Part shown: piece after piece, positions 63,759 to 64,000 of the stretch
Layout: each line of letters opens with the position of its first letter
How positions within the stretch are numbered: position 1 is the first letter of the stretch
Source of the DNA: Octopus sinensis
Taxonomy: Eukaryota
DNA: 64,000 nt
Assembly: GCF_006345805.1 (NCBI RefSeq)
Contig: NC_043000.1
Span: forward strand, 159,774,001 to 159,838,000
Reading direction: 5' to 3'
Notes under the pieces: generated by a model
The model's input: the letters and a program-made list of their open reading frames with translations, nothing else
Told to the model about the DNA's origin: nothing
The model's database searches: none
Program-made: the position numbers and the translations under genes

Positions 63759-64000
63759 CATACATACATACATAAATACACACACATACATACATATGAT
63801 TCATATAATAAGAATTCTTTAGCAGATCTTTAATAATTCGTCACAATAATTTCTCTACCAACTCTGCTTAGAACGCCAGTTTATGCAAAAATTCGAAGCA
63901 AGAATTTAAGTAATGTTTGACATTTACGTAATGTTTAGACATTAGACTGGCACCTCGTCAGACTTGCATCAAAGGTGCACTACCACACAAACATACATAC

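Overview
Repeat-saturated animal intergenic/intronic DNA, very AT- and microsatellite-rich. It is most likely octopus (inference from the SINE families and microsatellite load). I recognise no intact host gene. Nearly all long ORFs in the track are microsatellite artefacts or transposon pieces. Main contents: (1) a full-length ~6.06 kb Tx1/L1-clade LINE plus four 5'-truncated copies, all in the same orientation and all embedded in (TATC)n; (2) R4/Dong-like restriction-like-endonuclease (RLE) LINEs clustered in (TAA)n; (3) a related RLE family sitting in (TACA)n; (4) five hammerhead-ribozyme-like motifs, three in short Penelope-like units next to (TA)n, one after a Penelope remnant, and one capping a ~137-nt rod hairpin (retrozyme-like); (5) many tRNA-type SINEs and remnants of mariner, Tc1/DD37D, piggyBac, Chapaev3-like, Helitron and RTE elements; (6) fold-back inversions at (TA)n tracts and a ~2 kb false duplication across a 100-N gap. 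The most interesting signals are the apparent partitioning of microsatellite motifs among retroelement families, a (TATC)n-specific young Tx1 family, and the non-canonical hammerheads. All family names come from motif recognition, not from database searches.
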